Of a stretch of DNA of 64,000 nucleotides, positions 29,892 through 42,270 are shown one piece after another. How positions within the stretch are numbered: the first letter of the stretch is position 1; every line of letters begins with the position of its first letter. The notes under the pieces are model-generated. The model was not told the DNA's origin. It saw nothing but the letters and a program-made list of their open reading frames with translations, and did not search any database. The position numbers and the translations under genes are program-made. The stretch is from Schmidtea polychroa (Eukaryota): assembly GCA_044892525.1 (NCBI GenBank), contig CM097885.1:12712001-12776000 (forward strand). Direction: 5' to 3'.

Positions 29892-30409
29892 ATGTCTCAT
29901 TTTATGGAAAATCTTTTAAGCGAACTTATCAACAAGAAGATTATGGAAAGCCTCAGTTTCCTGGTCGATCGGACCGAAAAGATTATAGAAGGAAATCATA
30001 TTGATTACGAAGATATGCTCAATTCCGATTGTCTCGAAACAAAAAAGTTTTATTTTCACCGGATATTTAATTGTCTATGTGATGACGAGATGAAGTGGAC
30101 CTGAATACTAGTAGGGTTTGCATATATGAAAATCATCATAGAAAAAAGTTTATGGGACTCTGAACATTATTATCAGTGGTCTCAAGAAGTAATACTTTTA
30201 TAATCTATATTTTAATAATATTTATTTTCTAGATAATCAAGTCCAAATTTCAACCATGGATTGAAGCCAATGGCGGATGGGGTGTATTGAACCAACTCGC
30301 TCGAAATGCAAAAGAAATAGATGAACAGAAAAAGTTTAAAACCTATGTAAAACTTGCAACAGGTGTTGCTATTTTGTATGCTTTATCGCGATTTGTAAAT
30401 AAAAATTAA
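29892..30409 (+). pseudogene. Bcl-2-like protein (exons 29892-30188, 30233-30409; about 157 codons; premature TGA at 30102)
   Basis: BH1-like LCDDEMKWT*ILVGFAY, BH2-like WIEANGGW, hydrophobic tail LATGVAILYALSRF; 44-nt GT-AG intron. Confidence 0.8.
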
Positions 30410-30526
30410 TGTAGTTATTTTGTTTTTTAAATAGATTTTTAAATAAAAAATTAATCTAGTTTTTTTTTTTTTTTTTAAATAAAATTAATATAGTTTTTTT
30501 TAAATAAATTAACAAACAATAATTAA

Positions 30527-30894
30527 CTAAAATTTATTAACACATTCGCAGTCGTCATCTCCACATTTCATTATATTTTCAACGACATGATCAATACAAT
30601 CATTCGTAATATTATCTTTAGGTTCCTCTATAGGTTCATCTATAGGTTCATAGATTTCGTCATCAATTTCTTGAGTATCGGTTTCTTGAGTTTCTTCCTG
30701 ATCGTCAAATCCTGTATCTTGACTCTCAACTACCCAGCCGATATTTAATGCATTTGTAACAGATAATATGTCCTCAATTTTTACACCAGCTATTTCTGCT
30801 AATTTTTCAAACAAAAAGTTGATTAATAATTCTAAATAATAAATAATTCGGTATTTAATTAATCATGTTAACCTTTTTCTGCAGTCATTTTCAT
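30527..30894 (-). CDS. Small acidic protein of unknown function (exons 30894-30873, 30831-30527)
   Basis: A 41-nt GT-AG intron joins MKMTAEK to ELLINFLFEKLAE...; D/E-rich, Cys-containing C-terminus; TATAAA upstream. Confidence 0.65.
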
Positions 30895-31021
30895 CACTTT
30901 AAAGCTATATTTTAAGTTTGTTTATAGATTTTCTTTGTTAAATTTGCATGTCATTTGCATTTATGTTGCAATTAATAAATAGAAAAAACAAATATGACTA
31001 ATACATTTATAAAATATAACA

Positions 31022-31432
31022 TTAAAATATTTGTGATAGTCTAGCAGACATAATTTTCCAAATAGGGGAATATACATCATTATTATCAACTTTATATCCC
31101 TGGATTGCAATTGTTATATACCAATTTTCATTTTCTTTGAAACCGATTTCATCAAAAGCATCATAAAATCTTGCATATCTATTGTTGAACCAGGCATGTT
31201 GATTACACGATAGATTCGAATCTATCCGTTTAAAAACATCATCAATAGTTTTAACATCTATCATTGAAAGCGTGCCGGATAAGAATTGAAATTTAGTTGG
31301 AATTAGCTTGACGGGTGCAGCCAATTTCATATTGATTTCTTCTTTCAAAAAATACATTTTGTAGTTGTGGAACATTTGAACTGGTTGTACCATTTCTTTA
31401 GGTCTTTCGGTGCATGAAATTTTCTTGGTCAT
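31022..31432 (-). CDS. 136-aa protein, putative OB-fold single-stranded DNA-binding protein
   Basis: Intact ATG ORF with upstream TATATAAA. C-terminal strand pattern YITIAIQGY...YSPIWKIMSARL resembles T7 gp2.5/NCLDV-type SSBs; function is inference. Confidence 0.6.
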   Translation of the reverse strand: MTKKISCTERPKEMVQPVQMFHNYKMYFLKEEINMKLAAPVKLIPTKFQFLSGTLSMIDVKTIDDVFKRIDSNLSCNQHAWFNNRYARFYDAFDEIGFKENENWYITIAIQGYKVDNNDVYSPIWKIMSARLSQIF

Positions 31433-31692
31433 CGTAAATAATGATTAAAATGAAATGTTACAGGGTTTATATACCTTTGACTCATGCCTATCAACCAATC
31501 AGATTATAGCATGTCTTTGTTTAAATTGCATGTCATTTGCATTAATGTTGCATTAATGTTTTTATTATAAATATTGTTTTTATTATTATTATTTCAAATA
31601 TTACTATTATTACTTATATTATTACTATTTCTATTATTATTTCTATTTCTATTATTTCGATTTACAAAAACAAAACAATTCAACATAAAAAT

Positions 31693-32099
31693 TTATTTTG
31701 ATACAATCTGACTCGAGTGGTGATTTCTCAGAGTCTTCACCAAACACCATTCAACATATTGTTGATAACGGAAATTGCAGCAGCTACATCCGAAAATGCA
31801 AGGAGCCTCTGGTTTCATTTCTTTCATCACCCTTCCTATCTTGACATCCCATAGAAAGGTGTTTATTATATCGAATATCCAGATTCGTGTTTGGTTGTAT
31901 ACCGAATCCGGAATGATAGCTGGATCTCTATCTTGTAGAATTTCATTTAATTCTGGATAATAAAAGCATAATCTTTGCAGGATAATTGATTGATATTCAT
32001 CTGTAAAAATATATATTAATGTAATAATAAAAATTTGAAATTACCATAATTTGCATACTCTTTCATTGAGGTGATTGCGGAACTTTGTATGTTGTACAT
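31693..32099 (-). CDS. Spliced 120-aa hypothetical protein (exons 32099-32045, 32000-31693)
   Basis: MYNIQSSAITSMKEYANY|DEYQSIILQRLCFYYPEL...PCIFGCSCCNFRYQQYVEWCL...SK*. 44-nt GT-AG intron; open throughout; missed by the ORF track. Confidence 0.7.
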
Positions 32100-32159
32100 T
32101 TTTGTTGAATAAATGATTTCTAAACAGAAAACATATTGTTTAAAACAATCATTAACCAA

Positions 32160-32597
32160 TTAGAAATTGACCAATGAAATTATCTCATTTCGAACATTGT
32201 CAACAAATTCTCTATACTCCAAATTTCTCAACCCCAACATGACAACCTTTCCACTAGCAAACACGTTGACACATATAGGGTTATATTTTAATAGTCTTAG
32301 TGCCGGAAACAATTCTGGTTCAAACATACAATCACATTTTTTTGACATGTTATATAGGTTGATACTATGTCCCATATCCATAGTAACGGTAATTGATTGG
32401 ATTTTAATATTATTTATTCGATATTGTAATTTATTAATATCCAAGGGTTTCTTACATCCCATGATTCTACATTTGCCTGTCTTGAAAAATATTATCGGAT
32501 ATTTCCCGCTTCTATCGATAATTTGCTGGGGTTTCCCTGGTGGGAACCTCATATTCGATACATCAAAATTTCCTCGATAATTTATATTTGCTAACAT
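32160..32597 (-). CDS. TATA-binding-protein-like protein (145 aa)
   Basis: Two TBP-type repeats: ANINY...IIFFKTGKCRIMGCK and KIQSITVTMD..HSINLY...FEPELFPALRL...VNVFASGKVVMLG (compare TBP YEPELFPGL...LIFVSGKVVLTG). Confidence 0.88.
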   Translation of the reverse strand: MLANINYRGNFDVSNMRFPPGKPQQIIDRSGKYPIIFFKTGKCRIMGCKKPLDINKLQYRINNIKIQSITVTMDMGHSINLYNMSKKCDCMFEPELFPALRLLKYNPICVNVFASGKVVMLGLRNLEYREFVDNVRNEIISLVNF

Positions 32598-32696
32598 TAT
32601 TAAATCATTTATGAAAGTTAGTCTTTATATACAAATTGAGCACGAGTTCATTAAATCATCGAATATAAACAAATACACATTTATAAAATTTTTGAA

Positions 32697-33323
32697 ATGG
32701 AATTAAGAAATGATGCAGTATACCAAATCGTTGGTCCGAGTGGTAGTGGAAAAACATTATTTGTTTGTAAATTACTAAAATCAAATTTATTCAAATCAAA
32801 ATTCAACAGGATTTATTGGCATAGGGGTGCTGATGAAGAACATGGATTAACTCAATCAAGTTTCTGTAAATTAAAAAACATGAAAATAGTAAAGGGATTC
32901 GATAAAAACTGGTCCAGCCGATTAAAGAAAGGTGATGTCATTATTATCGATGATTTGTATCAAGAAGCTAATAAAGAAAAAGATTTTAATAATTTATTTA
33001 CAAAGATCAGCAGACATGTCGGTGTAACAGTTATTTTCATAACACAAAATCTATTTCATCAAGGTGGAGCACATCGAACACGTAATTTAAATGTACAATA
33101 TTTAGTTATTTTCAAGAATCCTAGAGATGCAATAGTGATTGATTTTCTTGCACGTCAAGCATACCCTAACAATCGTAATTTTCTTATCAGTGCATTTCAA
33201 GATGCTACAAAAATACCTCATGGATATATATTTCTTGATTTCACACAACAATGTCCCGATGATTTACGAGTAAAAACAGATATTTTCAACCCAAAAGGTG
33301 CCATGGTTTATAAACAAAGTTGA
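32697..33323 (+). CDS. A32/FtsK-like DNA packaging ATPase
   Basis: Walker A GPSGSGKT, Walker B IIIDD, SRH..VTVIFITQNLF, YLVIFKNPRD. Confidence 0.95.
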   Translation: MELRNDAVYQIVGPSGSGKTLFVCKLLKSNLFKSKFNRIYWHRGADEEHGLTQSSFCKLKNMKIVKGFDKNWSSRLKKGDVIIIDDLYQEANKEKDFNNLFTKISRHVGVTVIFITQNLFHQGGAHRTRNLNVQYLVIFKNPRDAIVIDFLARQAYPNNRNFLISAFQDATKIPHGYIFLDFTQQCPDDLRVKTDIFNPKGAMVYKQS

Positions 33324-33341
33324 AAACCTCTATGAATAATA

Positions 33342-33875
33342 ATGTTTCTAAAAGCAAGGGTGAAAAATATTAGGAAATTAAGAAAAAGTATTAGAAAGAG
33401 TATTAAAGTTCCAAAAGTTCCACCAACTACTAGTTATACACCATCTAAAAAACTTGTAACTGAAAATTTCTCTGCAATGAATCTTATTTCGAAAAATCCT
33501 AAACCTAAACGTAAAACCCGTAAAACCCGTAAAACCGGTAAAAAAGTAGTTAAAAATCATCGCAGTTTTCCATTTTTTAATGCATTGTTAAAGGCCACGA
33601 GTATGAAAAGAATGAATATATTGCAATCATTTCCAAATTTTGTTGTCGATGATTTACTCAATATTATACTTAAAGTAGTCAAAGGCAAAATTAAAATCAG
33701 TAAATCAAAAAAGCATTTATTGAGCAAACATAGGAAACCATTGTTATCTTTAGTAAATAATAAAAATCGTAAGCAAATGAGGAAAATTATATATAAACAA
33801 CAAGGTGGATTTATTGGTGCATTGATACCTCTGGCATTATCATTATTAGGTGGAGTTGTAGGAAATCAATCATAA
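33342..33875 (+). CDS. Basic core protein with pX-like C-terminal peptide
   Basis: Very K/R-rich. Ends QQGG|FIGALIPLALSLLGG, resembling an adenain cleavage site plus an adenovirus pX-type hydrophobic tail. Confidence 0.75.
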   Translation: MFLKARVKNIRKLRKSIRKSIKVPKVPPTTSYTPSKKLVTENFSAMNLISKNPKPKRKTRKTRKTGKKVVKNHRSFPFFNALLKATSMKRMNILQSFPNFVVDDLLNIILKVVKGKIKISKSKKHLLSKHRKPLLSLVNNKNRKQMRKIIYKQQGGFIGALIPLALSLLGGVVGNQS

Positions 33876-33936
33876 ACAATGGGTGCTAATCCTTCATTGC
33901 CCGACATTAAATTTAATTTTAAATCTTCTTGTTGTA

Positions 33937-35071
<1,135 letters not shown>

Positions 35072-35075
<4 letters not shown>

Positions 35076-36088
35076 ATTTTTATACTATTTTACCGAGCAA
35101 TAGTTGCCCATTAATTCATCCAGACAATCAAGCCAGTAAATTTATGGTCAATCTCCAGAATCCGATTTCTTTAAATGGGGACTGGGAAGTTGCACTGCAA
35201 GATTTTACATTCGTGTACAATACATTCCAATTTTATAGTCAATGTAAGATTGATTTCAAAAGGAATATTGTGAAAATATGTAGCGGTATCTTTGTTATCA
35301 GTAATTATGATAAAACATATCATATTCCGAATCAAATATTAGATTCGCATTGCTATATGTTTTACAAGGATGGATTAAATATCAGTTGTGATTTTAAACC
35401 ATTTACAATAACATTCGAAACTATTGAAGATGCCAAACGAATGGGTTGTAATAAGTTGAAAAATATTGTTACGGAGACCGAGTATTTATTACGTTTTAAT
35501 CTATTTGAAGCAAACAGTGTAATGAAAGAAGAAATCAAAATATCTGTATCGTATAATGATGAAGTTGAAGAATCATTTACCTTTGCTGATGAATTATATT
35601 TTGATAAACTTGATGATTTACTTAAATATTTAAAGTTCAATTGTTCACACATATTTAAAAATTTGGAAATTGTGAAAGATTTGATGTTTACCTTCAGTTT
35701 GAATGATGATATTTGCGAAGTTACATTTGATAAAAATTTGGCAAATTCACTTGGATTAGATAGGCAAAAATATCGAGAAAAATCGACTGGTATACGCAAA
35801 CCAAGAATACTAGAACATCATCAACAAATGTTCATATATACTAACATTATCGAACCCATAATTGTTGGTGATTCCAGTGTTCCTCTTTTGAAATCGGTAT
35901 GGATTGGAAAATATGAACATGATGAAGTTGTCAATATAAATATCGATAATCCCATGTATTTACCAATAGCAAGTTCATGTATAAACAATATAGAAATAAA
36001 TATTCGTGATGATAGTGGAAAACTTATAAACTTTCCAAAAGGTTCAAAAACTCATTTGACATTACATTTTCGTAAAATAAATGGCTAA
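35072..36088 (+). CDS. Minor capsid (penton-like) protein; start apparently mutated to GTG
   Basis: NFYTILPSNS...F.V.L..PI.L.GDWEVAL and MFIYTNIIEP.IVGD...PLL...NPMYLP...IEINIRDDSGKLINF...LTLHFRK are typical Polinton penton motifs. Confidence 0.88.
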
Positions 36089-36443
36089 TTCTGATATTAT
36101 TAGTATGTATAGTGGTAGCCAATCTGGCGGTGAATTACCATATTTTATTGGTAAACAGTACGGATCAGGATGGTTGAGAACAATTGGTAGATTTGCCCTG
36201 CCTATTCTTAAACGTATTGGTAGTTTTGGTATGAAAACTGCAAAAGATGTTATTATGAATGAACAGAAAATATTACCATCTCTAAAAACAAATGCTATAG
36301 CTGAATTAGGGAAGGTTTTACCAGGGGTTGCAGGTATGTTTCAAAAAGATACGCCTCCAGCTCCAGCTCCAAAGCGTAAAAGACATGGAATATCACGTAT
36401 AAACAAACGAATGAAAGGACACGGAACTATATTTGCAAAATGA
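36081..36443 (+). CDS. Conserved Polinton small virion protein with amphipathic helix (pVI-like)
   Basis: QSGG and QYGSG motifs followed by WLRTIGRFALPILKRIG; basic C-terminus; overlaps both neighbours. Confidence 0.75.
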   Translation: MANSDIISMYSGSQSGGELPYFIGKQYGSGWLRTIGRFALPILKRIGSFGMKTAKDVIMNEQKILPSLKTNAIAELGKVLPGVAGMFQKDTPPAPAPKRKRHGISRINKRMKGHGTIFAK

Positions 36444-37636
36444 TTTGTGGTAAATCCGAATTATGTATATTTGATAGACCATCGCCTCAAGCGGTAATCG
36501 AATTTGGGGCATTTGAGGAAGTTTTTCCTATGAATTCAATTACCGATAGTAGAAATGATATAGAGTTTTATATTAATGGTTCGCAAACTGAATATTTAGA
36601 TTTGAACGATACTTTATTGACTGTTCAGATCAAGGTTGTAGATAAAGATAGAAAAGTTTTGGATGCCAATGCAGATGTAATACCGAACAATTTCATGTTT
36701 CATACTCTTTTTAAAGATGCAGTGTTGGGATTTAATAATATCAAGATTGAGGGTGGAAATAATACATTCATTCACAAGGCTTTGATAGAAACTATTTTAA
36801 ATTACAATTCTGATACTAAAAATACATGTCTTACTCCTATGGGTTATGGCAGTGATGATGAAAGAAAAAAGTGGGTAAAAGGCTCAAAGGTTTTCACCAT
36901 GTGCTCATCATTACAACTTGATTTTATGGATCAACCGAAATATTTACTACCGGGAGTTAATGTACATATTATACTGAAAAGGTCTGATTCTGCATTATCT
37001 CTTACTAGTGCAACTGGTGCACCAATGTGTCAATTAGTTGATGCAAAATTATTGGTGAGAAGAGCAGGTCATCAATTGGGTCTTAATTCAAAACATGCAA
37101 TTTATCCATTAAAAACAAAGAAAATTGTACAATTTGCTATTGCTAAAGGTGCTTCATCTTTCTATAAAGAACAAATATTTGGTGACCGAAGAATGCCTAA
37201 TTTTATTCTGATAACATTTCAAAGTGAAGCACAATATAATGGATCATATACTGCGTCCAGCTCAATTTTCAAAAACTTTGGTGTTAAATCATTGACTTTG
37301 TCGAAAAATACTGATTATAGAGAAACATATATTCAAGATTTCGAGAATGACAATTACTGTGCGACATATATGCAGAGTATTGTTAGAAATCTGGGTTATT
37401 TAGATAAAAATTTGAATTGCGGAATAACTCTAGAAGATTTAAAAAGCAAATACCCATTTTTTACATTTGTTTTAGCCCCTGATTTTGATTTAAATCAAAG
37501 TCAATTACCTCAAAATGGAAATTTACGACTGGATATAAAGTTTGCAAAAGCTATTACTGAACCAGTACATGTTATAATATATGGAGTATTTGAAAATGAA
37601 GTTCAAATTACTGCAAATAGAACAGTGTTGGTATAA
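36440..37636 (+). CDS. Major capsid protein (double jelly-roll)
   Basis: CGKSELCIF..P..Q..IE...IEFYI.G...YLDL, QPKYLLPGV, GNLRLDIKFAK. Possible short in-frame deletion after LLVRR. Confidence 0.92.
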   Translation: MICGKSELCIFDRPSPQAVIEFGAFEEVFPMNSITDSRNDIEFYINGSQTEYLDLNDTLLTVQIKVVDKDRKVLDANADVIPNNFMFHTLFKDAVLGFNNIKIEGGNNTFIHKALIETILNYNSDTKNTCLTPMGYGSDDERKKWVKGSKVFTMCSSLQLDFMDQPKYLLPGVNVHIILKRSDSALSLTSATGAPMCQLVDAKLLVRRAGHQLGLNSKHAIYPLKTKKIVQFAIAKGASSFYKEQIFGDRRMPNFILITFQSEAQYNGSYTASSSIFKNFGVKSLTLSKNTDYRETYIQDFENDNYCATYMQSIVRNLGYLDKNLNCGITLEDLKSKYPFFTFVLAPDFDLNQSQLPQNGNLRLDIKFAKAITEPVHVIIYGVFENEVQITANRTVLV

Positions 37637-37775
37637 ATGTATACAGAAACACAAAAAGTTGTCATGGAGTAAGTTGTTTTTTTATACTCTGGATTTATTT
37701 AAGTAGTTCTGTTCAGGTCAATAAAATCGGAAAACAGATATTGGGAAATGAATTTGTTGGAGTTTTTCCTCTTTC
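37637..37775 (+). pseudogene. N-terminal stub of an adenain-like cysteine protease
   Basis: ATG abuts the MCP stop. After a short GTAAGT..AG intron it reads ..MD(S)SVQVNKIGKQILGNEFVGVFPL, then breaks off; catalytic region absent. Confidence 0.55.
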
Positions 37776-39559
37776 CAGATAACAACTCACCTGAATGTTT
37801 TGAACAAAAATGAGCGAAATTGAGAACAAACGATTAGATGGCGATTAACTTCTGGCCACATCCCTAACAACATGAAAATTAAGATTTTAATTATTGAATT
37901 CGTTGTTTTCTGCCTGGAAATACTAACAGAATATTTTTTAATTCAAAGAATCTTCATTATAAATTTTTGAATTTAAAAAATTAAATGAAGGATATATTAA
38001 ATTTACAATACATAATATTATATAAAATTATACTATATTTATTAATAAATTTAGAATACATAAAATTATAATATTATAATATTTTATAAAGTTATACTAT
38101 ATAATAATGTTTAAATATGCTTAAATAACTAAAGTGTTTAAATATGTTTAAATACTAAATTTAAATTATTTAAATTTAGATTATTTAAATATAATTTTGA
38201 TATAACTTTATTTCTTTCGTTTTAGTATCCATAAAGTAAGTAAATAAAGAATTTACTACAATATTTTAATTATTTTACTTAGTAATGAAGAAAATGAATT
38301 ATATGATTATGAAGAAAATGAACCAGACAAAATGGTGAAACACTAATGGAGTTATAGTTCCGGATTTTTTAAATGAATTAGATGATTGTGGGTGTCCTTC
38401 AACATGAATGTTTACTTAAATTATGTAAACTTTCTTTCAACGAATGTCAAGAAAAATGGGAAAAATCGATGTTTTATCAATTAAGTAAAGTACTCGTCAT
38501 ACCTGAAGAATATTATTATTAATGTAAGATATGAATTAATTCTTTAAAATATATATATTATATTTAGGTATCTGTGTTTTATGGTGGGAAATGATATTGA
38601 AAAAGTATACCACAAATAACAGTTGCCTAATTTATCAAGCCTGTGATGATAAAATGTTAGATAATGTAAGTTAATTGCTTTTAAATCAATATAAATTTAG
38701 CAATGATAGTTGACACCACATCAGAAACTAAGAAATATGTCCAATTCGCAAGATGTATTCCATGAAATCACTATCAAATGGCCTGATGGAGAGATTAATT
38801 TTGAGATGGATTACCAACAGAAGAGCGAGAAAAATTTGTAAATTAAATATAATAGGGTTGGGTGGGTCCTCTTTATCCCTTAATTAATATATATTTACAA
38901 GCTGATCGTCGTGGTGGGCGGTTGTAATCCAACTAGTGGGAGGCCTCTGTAAATATATATTTGTGTTAGTGAAAACAATAATTAATTTGGTTATAGTGCC
39001 AATGACGCATGTATTTTGAAATTATACGTTTCGAATGTGCTAGTAGTTGACTACCCATGCTAGGCGTAATGTTCCGTACGGAAAACTATAATGCCCAGGT
39101 TCTTCTGACCCCACTTGGGGGAGGCACAGACGACCCTTGTGGACGCGAACAAATATCCACCGTGTCTTTCAGGCACAGATATTTGGTCACTGCTCATTAG
39201 GCCTGGCAATACTAAATGCATTAACTTTGCCTTGTCCTCTCTTGTCTTGATTTTTATCGTTTAAAAGTGTGTGTGATAAGTTTTATTTACTAACCTTAAT
39301 AAACCATAATATGCTTTAAGATCGAAAACCCTTGTTGAGTGTGAGTAGTACCCTTGCTAGCAATACCCATAGGGGGACAGAATATTTTGTCGGATAGACT
39401 AGGAGTAAATACACCCATGTTAAACAAGGTATGTGTATATAGAATGTGTGTGTAAAATTATCGCTCCTTATTGACAACTTCCTGTAAAGGCAAACACAGA
39501 ATACTGCAAACATAATAATACTCTACCCCATAACTTAGTATGTAAAAATTATTTAAGGT

Positions 39560-40267
<708 letters not shown>

Positions 40268-40622
40268 TCCCGCGCGTGTTAATACTTAAAAAGAAAATAT
40301 TGAAAATTTAAAAAATAATAATATTTATGCAAAGCATGTGCAATAATTATGTCTTTGTTAATTAAGTAAACTTTAGTGTCAAAATAAGTTTTTAAAATAT
40401 TTTTAAATTTAAAATACCGCAACTTAATATATTTTTGTTCTACCCCTTCATTGATTTAAGTTGGTCAGAATTTAATAATAATTATATTATACCCTTTGAG
40501 ACATGTTGAATGTGAGTAGTACACCTTTGACCATTACCCATATGAGCAATACCCATAGAGGGGGACAGAATATTTTGTCGGATAGACTCTGACTATATAT
40601 GATAATAATATTCCCTGCGCGC

Positions 40623-40670
<48 letters not shown>

Positions 40671-40929
40671 TGAAATTGTATTTGAAAATGTTATGAACTG
40701 TGGAGATGATGAATTTGAATGTGTTAATAAATTATAGTTTGAGTGTATATTTAAAGTATAATATTTAGAATTTCTTTGTTAAAGTTTTGTCTTGAATATT
40801 TTTACCAGTAGCTTTGTGAACAGTACCCATGTGACTTGTTGAGTGTGAGTAGTACCCTTGTGTGCAGTACCCATAGGGGGACAGAATATCTTGTCGGATA
40901 GACTAAGTGTATATATAATAATAATAATA

Positions 40930-42270
40930 ATAATAAATGACCTTGAAAAAATAAATGACCTTGATGAGTCATCACGATGAGTCATATGACCTTGGGAATG
41001 ACCCTGGGTGAGTCACGCGACCTTGAAATGACCTTGATGAGTCATGGTCTTTGTTTAAATGACCTTGGTGAGTCATATGTCTTTGTTTAAAATTTGACCT
41101 TGACCTTTTATTAAAAATTTAACCTTGACCTTTTATTAAAAATAATATTTTGAAAAAATAAATGACCTTGAAAATAGTCTCGGGTAAACGTTAATAACTT
41201 TGTCAATATTAATGATGATGATAATATTTATACATCAGTAGATAGATCTTGCACTAAGCTTCAAAATAAGCTATCAATTAATAAATTCGGATAATGGGAA
41301 CGATAACATTTGGGGCAAACGAAAACCAGGTCACCGCTGGACCACTAATAATTATATGACCTTGAAAATGATTTTTGGTTAAATGTTAATAACTTTGTTA
41401 ATATTAATGATGATGATACCTTCTATGGATCAATCGAAAGGTCTTGGACCGAGCTTTAAAATGAGGTATCGTTTAATAATATTTGTTGGAACTCTGTACA
41501 TTTAAGTTTTAAAATATGACCTTGAAAAATTTAATGATCACTTAATTAAAACAAAAAATTAAATTAAAAAATGACCTTGAAAAAAAAATGACCTTTATGA
41601 GTCACGCGACCTGGAAAAAATAAATGACCTTGAAAAATAAATGACCTTGGGAATGACCCTGAAAAATTAAATGACCTTGAAAAAATAAATGACCTTGGAA
41701 ATAATGATATTTTGAAAAATAAATGACCTTGAAAATGGTCTCGGGAAAACGTTAATAATTTTGCCAATAATAATTATATTAATAATATTTATATATCAAT
41801 AGTTAGATCTTGCACTAGGCTTCAAAATAAGCTATCGATTAATAAATTCGGATAATGGGAACGATAACTTTTGGGATGGAAAAAAGTGTGAGCCCACCAG
41901 GCCACATAATAATATTTTGGAAAATAATAATAATTTAACTTTGAAAAGATGGTGGTCATCAAATTTTAATAACATTAAAACTATCAAAGATATATAAGAT
42001 ACCTATAGCTCATTCGAAAGGTCTTGGACTGAGCTTTAAGATGAGGTATCGTCCAATAAAGTCCGTTGGCGGGAACATTAATTTTTGGGATGAAAAAAAG
42101 TAGGAGCCCGCCAGACCACTTAATTAAAACAAAAAATTAAATTAAAAAAAATAAATAAATGACCTTGACCTTGACCTTTTATTTTTAAAAAAAAAATTTT
42201 TCCCGGGGGGGGGGAGGGGGTATATGTGTCGCGGGGAGCTCCTGTTCTGGGGAGCTCCAATCATACTACT
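40930..42270. repeat. Right terminal arm of the Polinton with TGACCTTG/TGAGTCA clusters and duplicated subterminal blocks
   Basis: Blocks at about 41130-41560 and 41700-42180 are diverged duplicates, inverted-homologous to 28960-29170. Confidence 0.8.

Noticed and set aside
32167..32580. 137-aa plus-strand ORF
   Set aside because: Antisense shadow of the TBP-like gene; non-ATG start and no motifs. The same applies to shadows such as 21392-21715 and 35362-35799.
38200..38840. Possible further spliced Polinton gene
   Set aside because: Coding-like patches with splice-like sites, but too many stops and frameshifts to reconstruct.
38838..39320. Possible solo LTR inside the Polinton
   Set aside because: TG start, higher GC and AATAAA are present, but no CA end, TSD or second copy.
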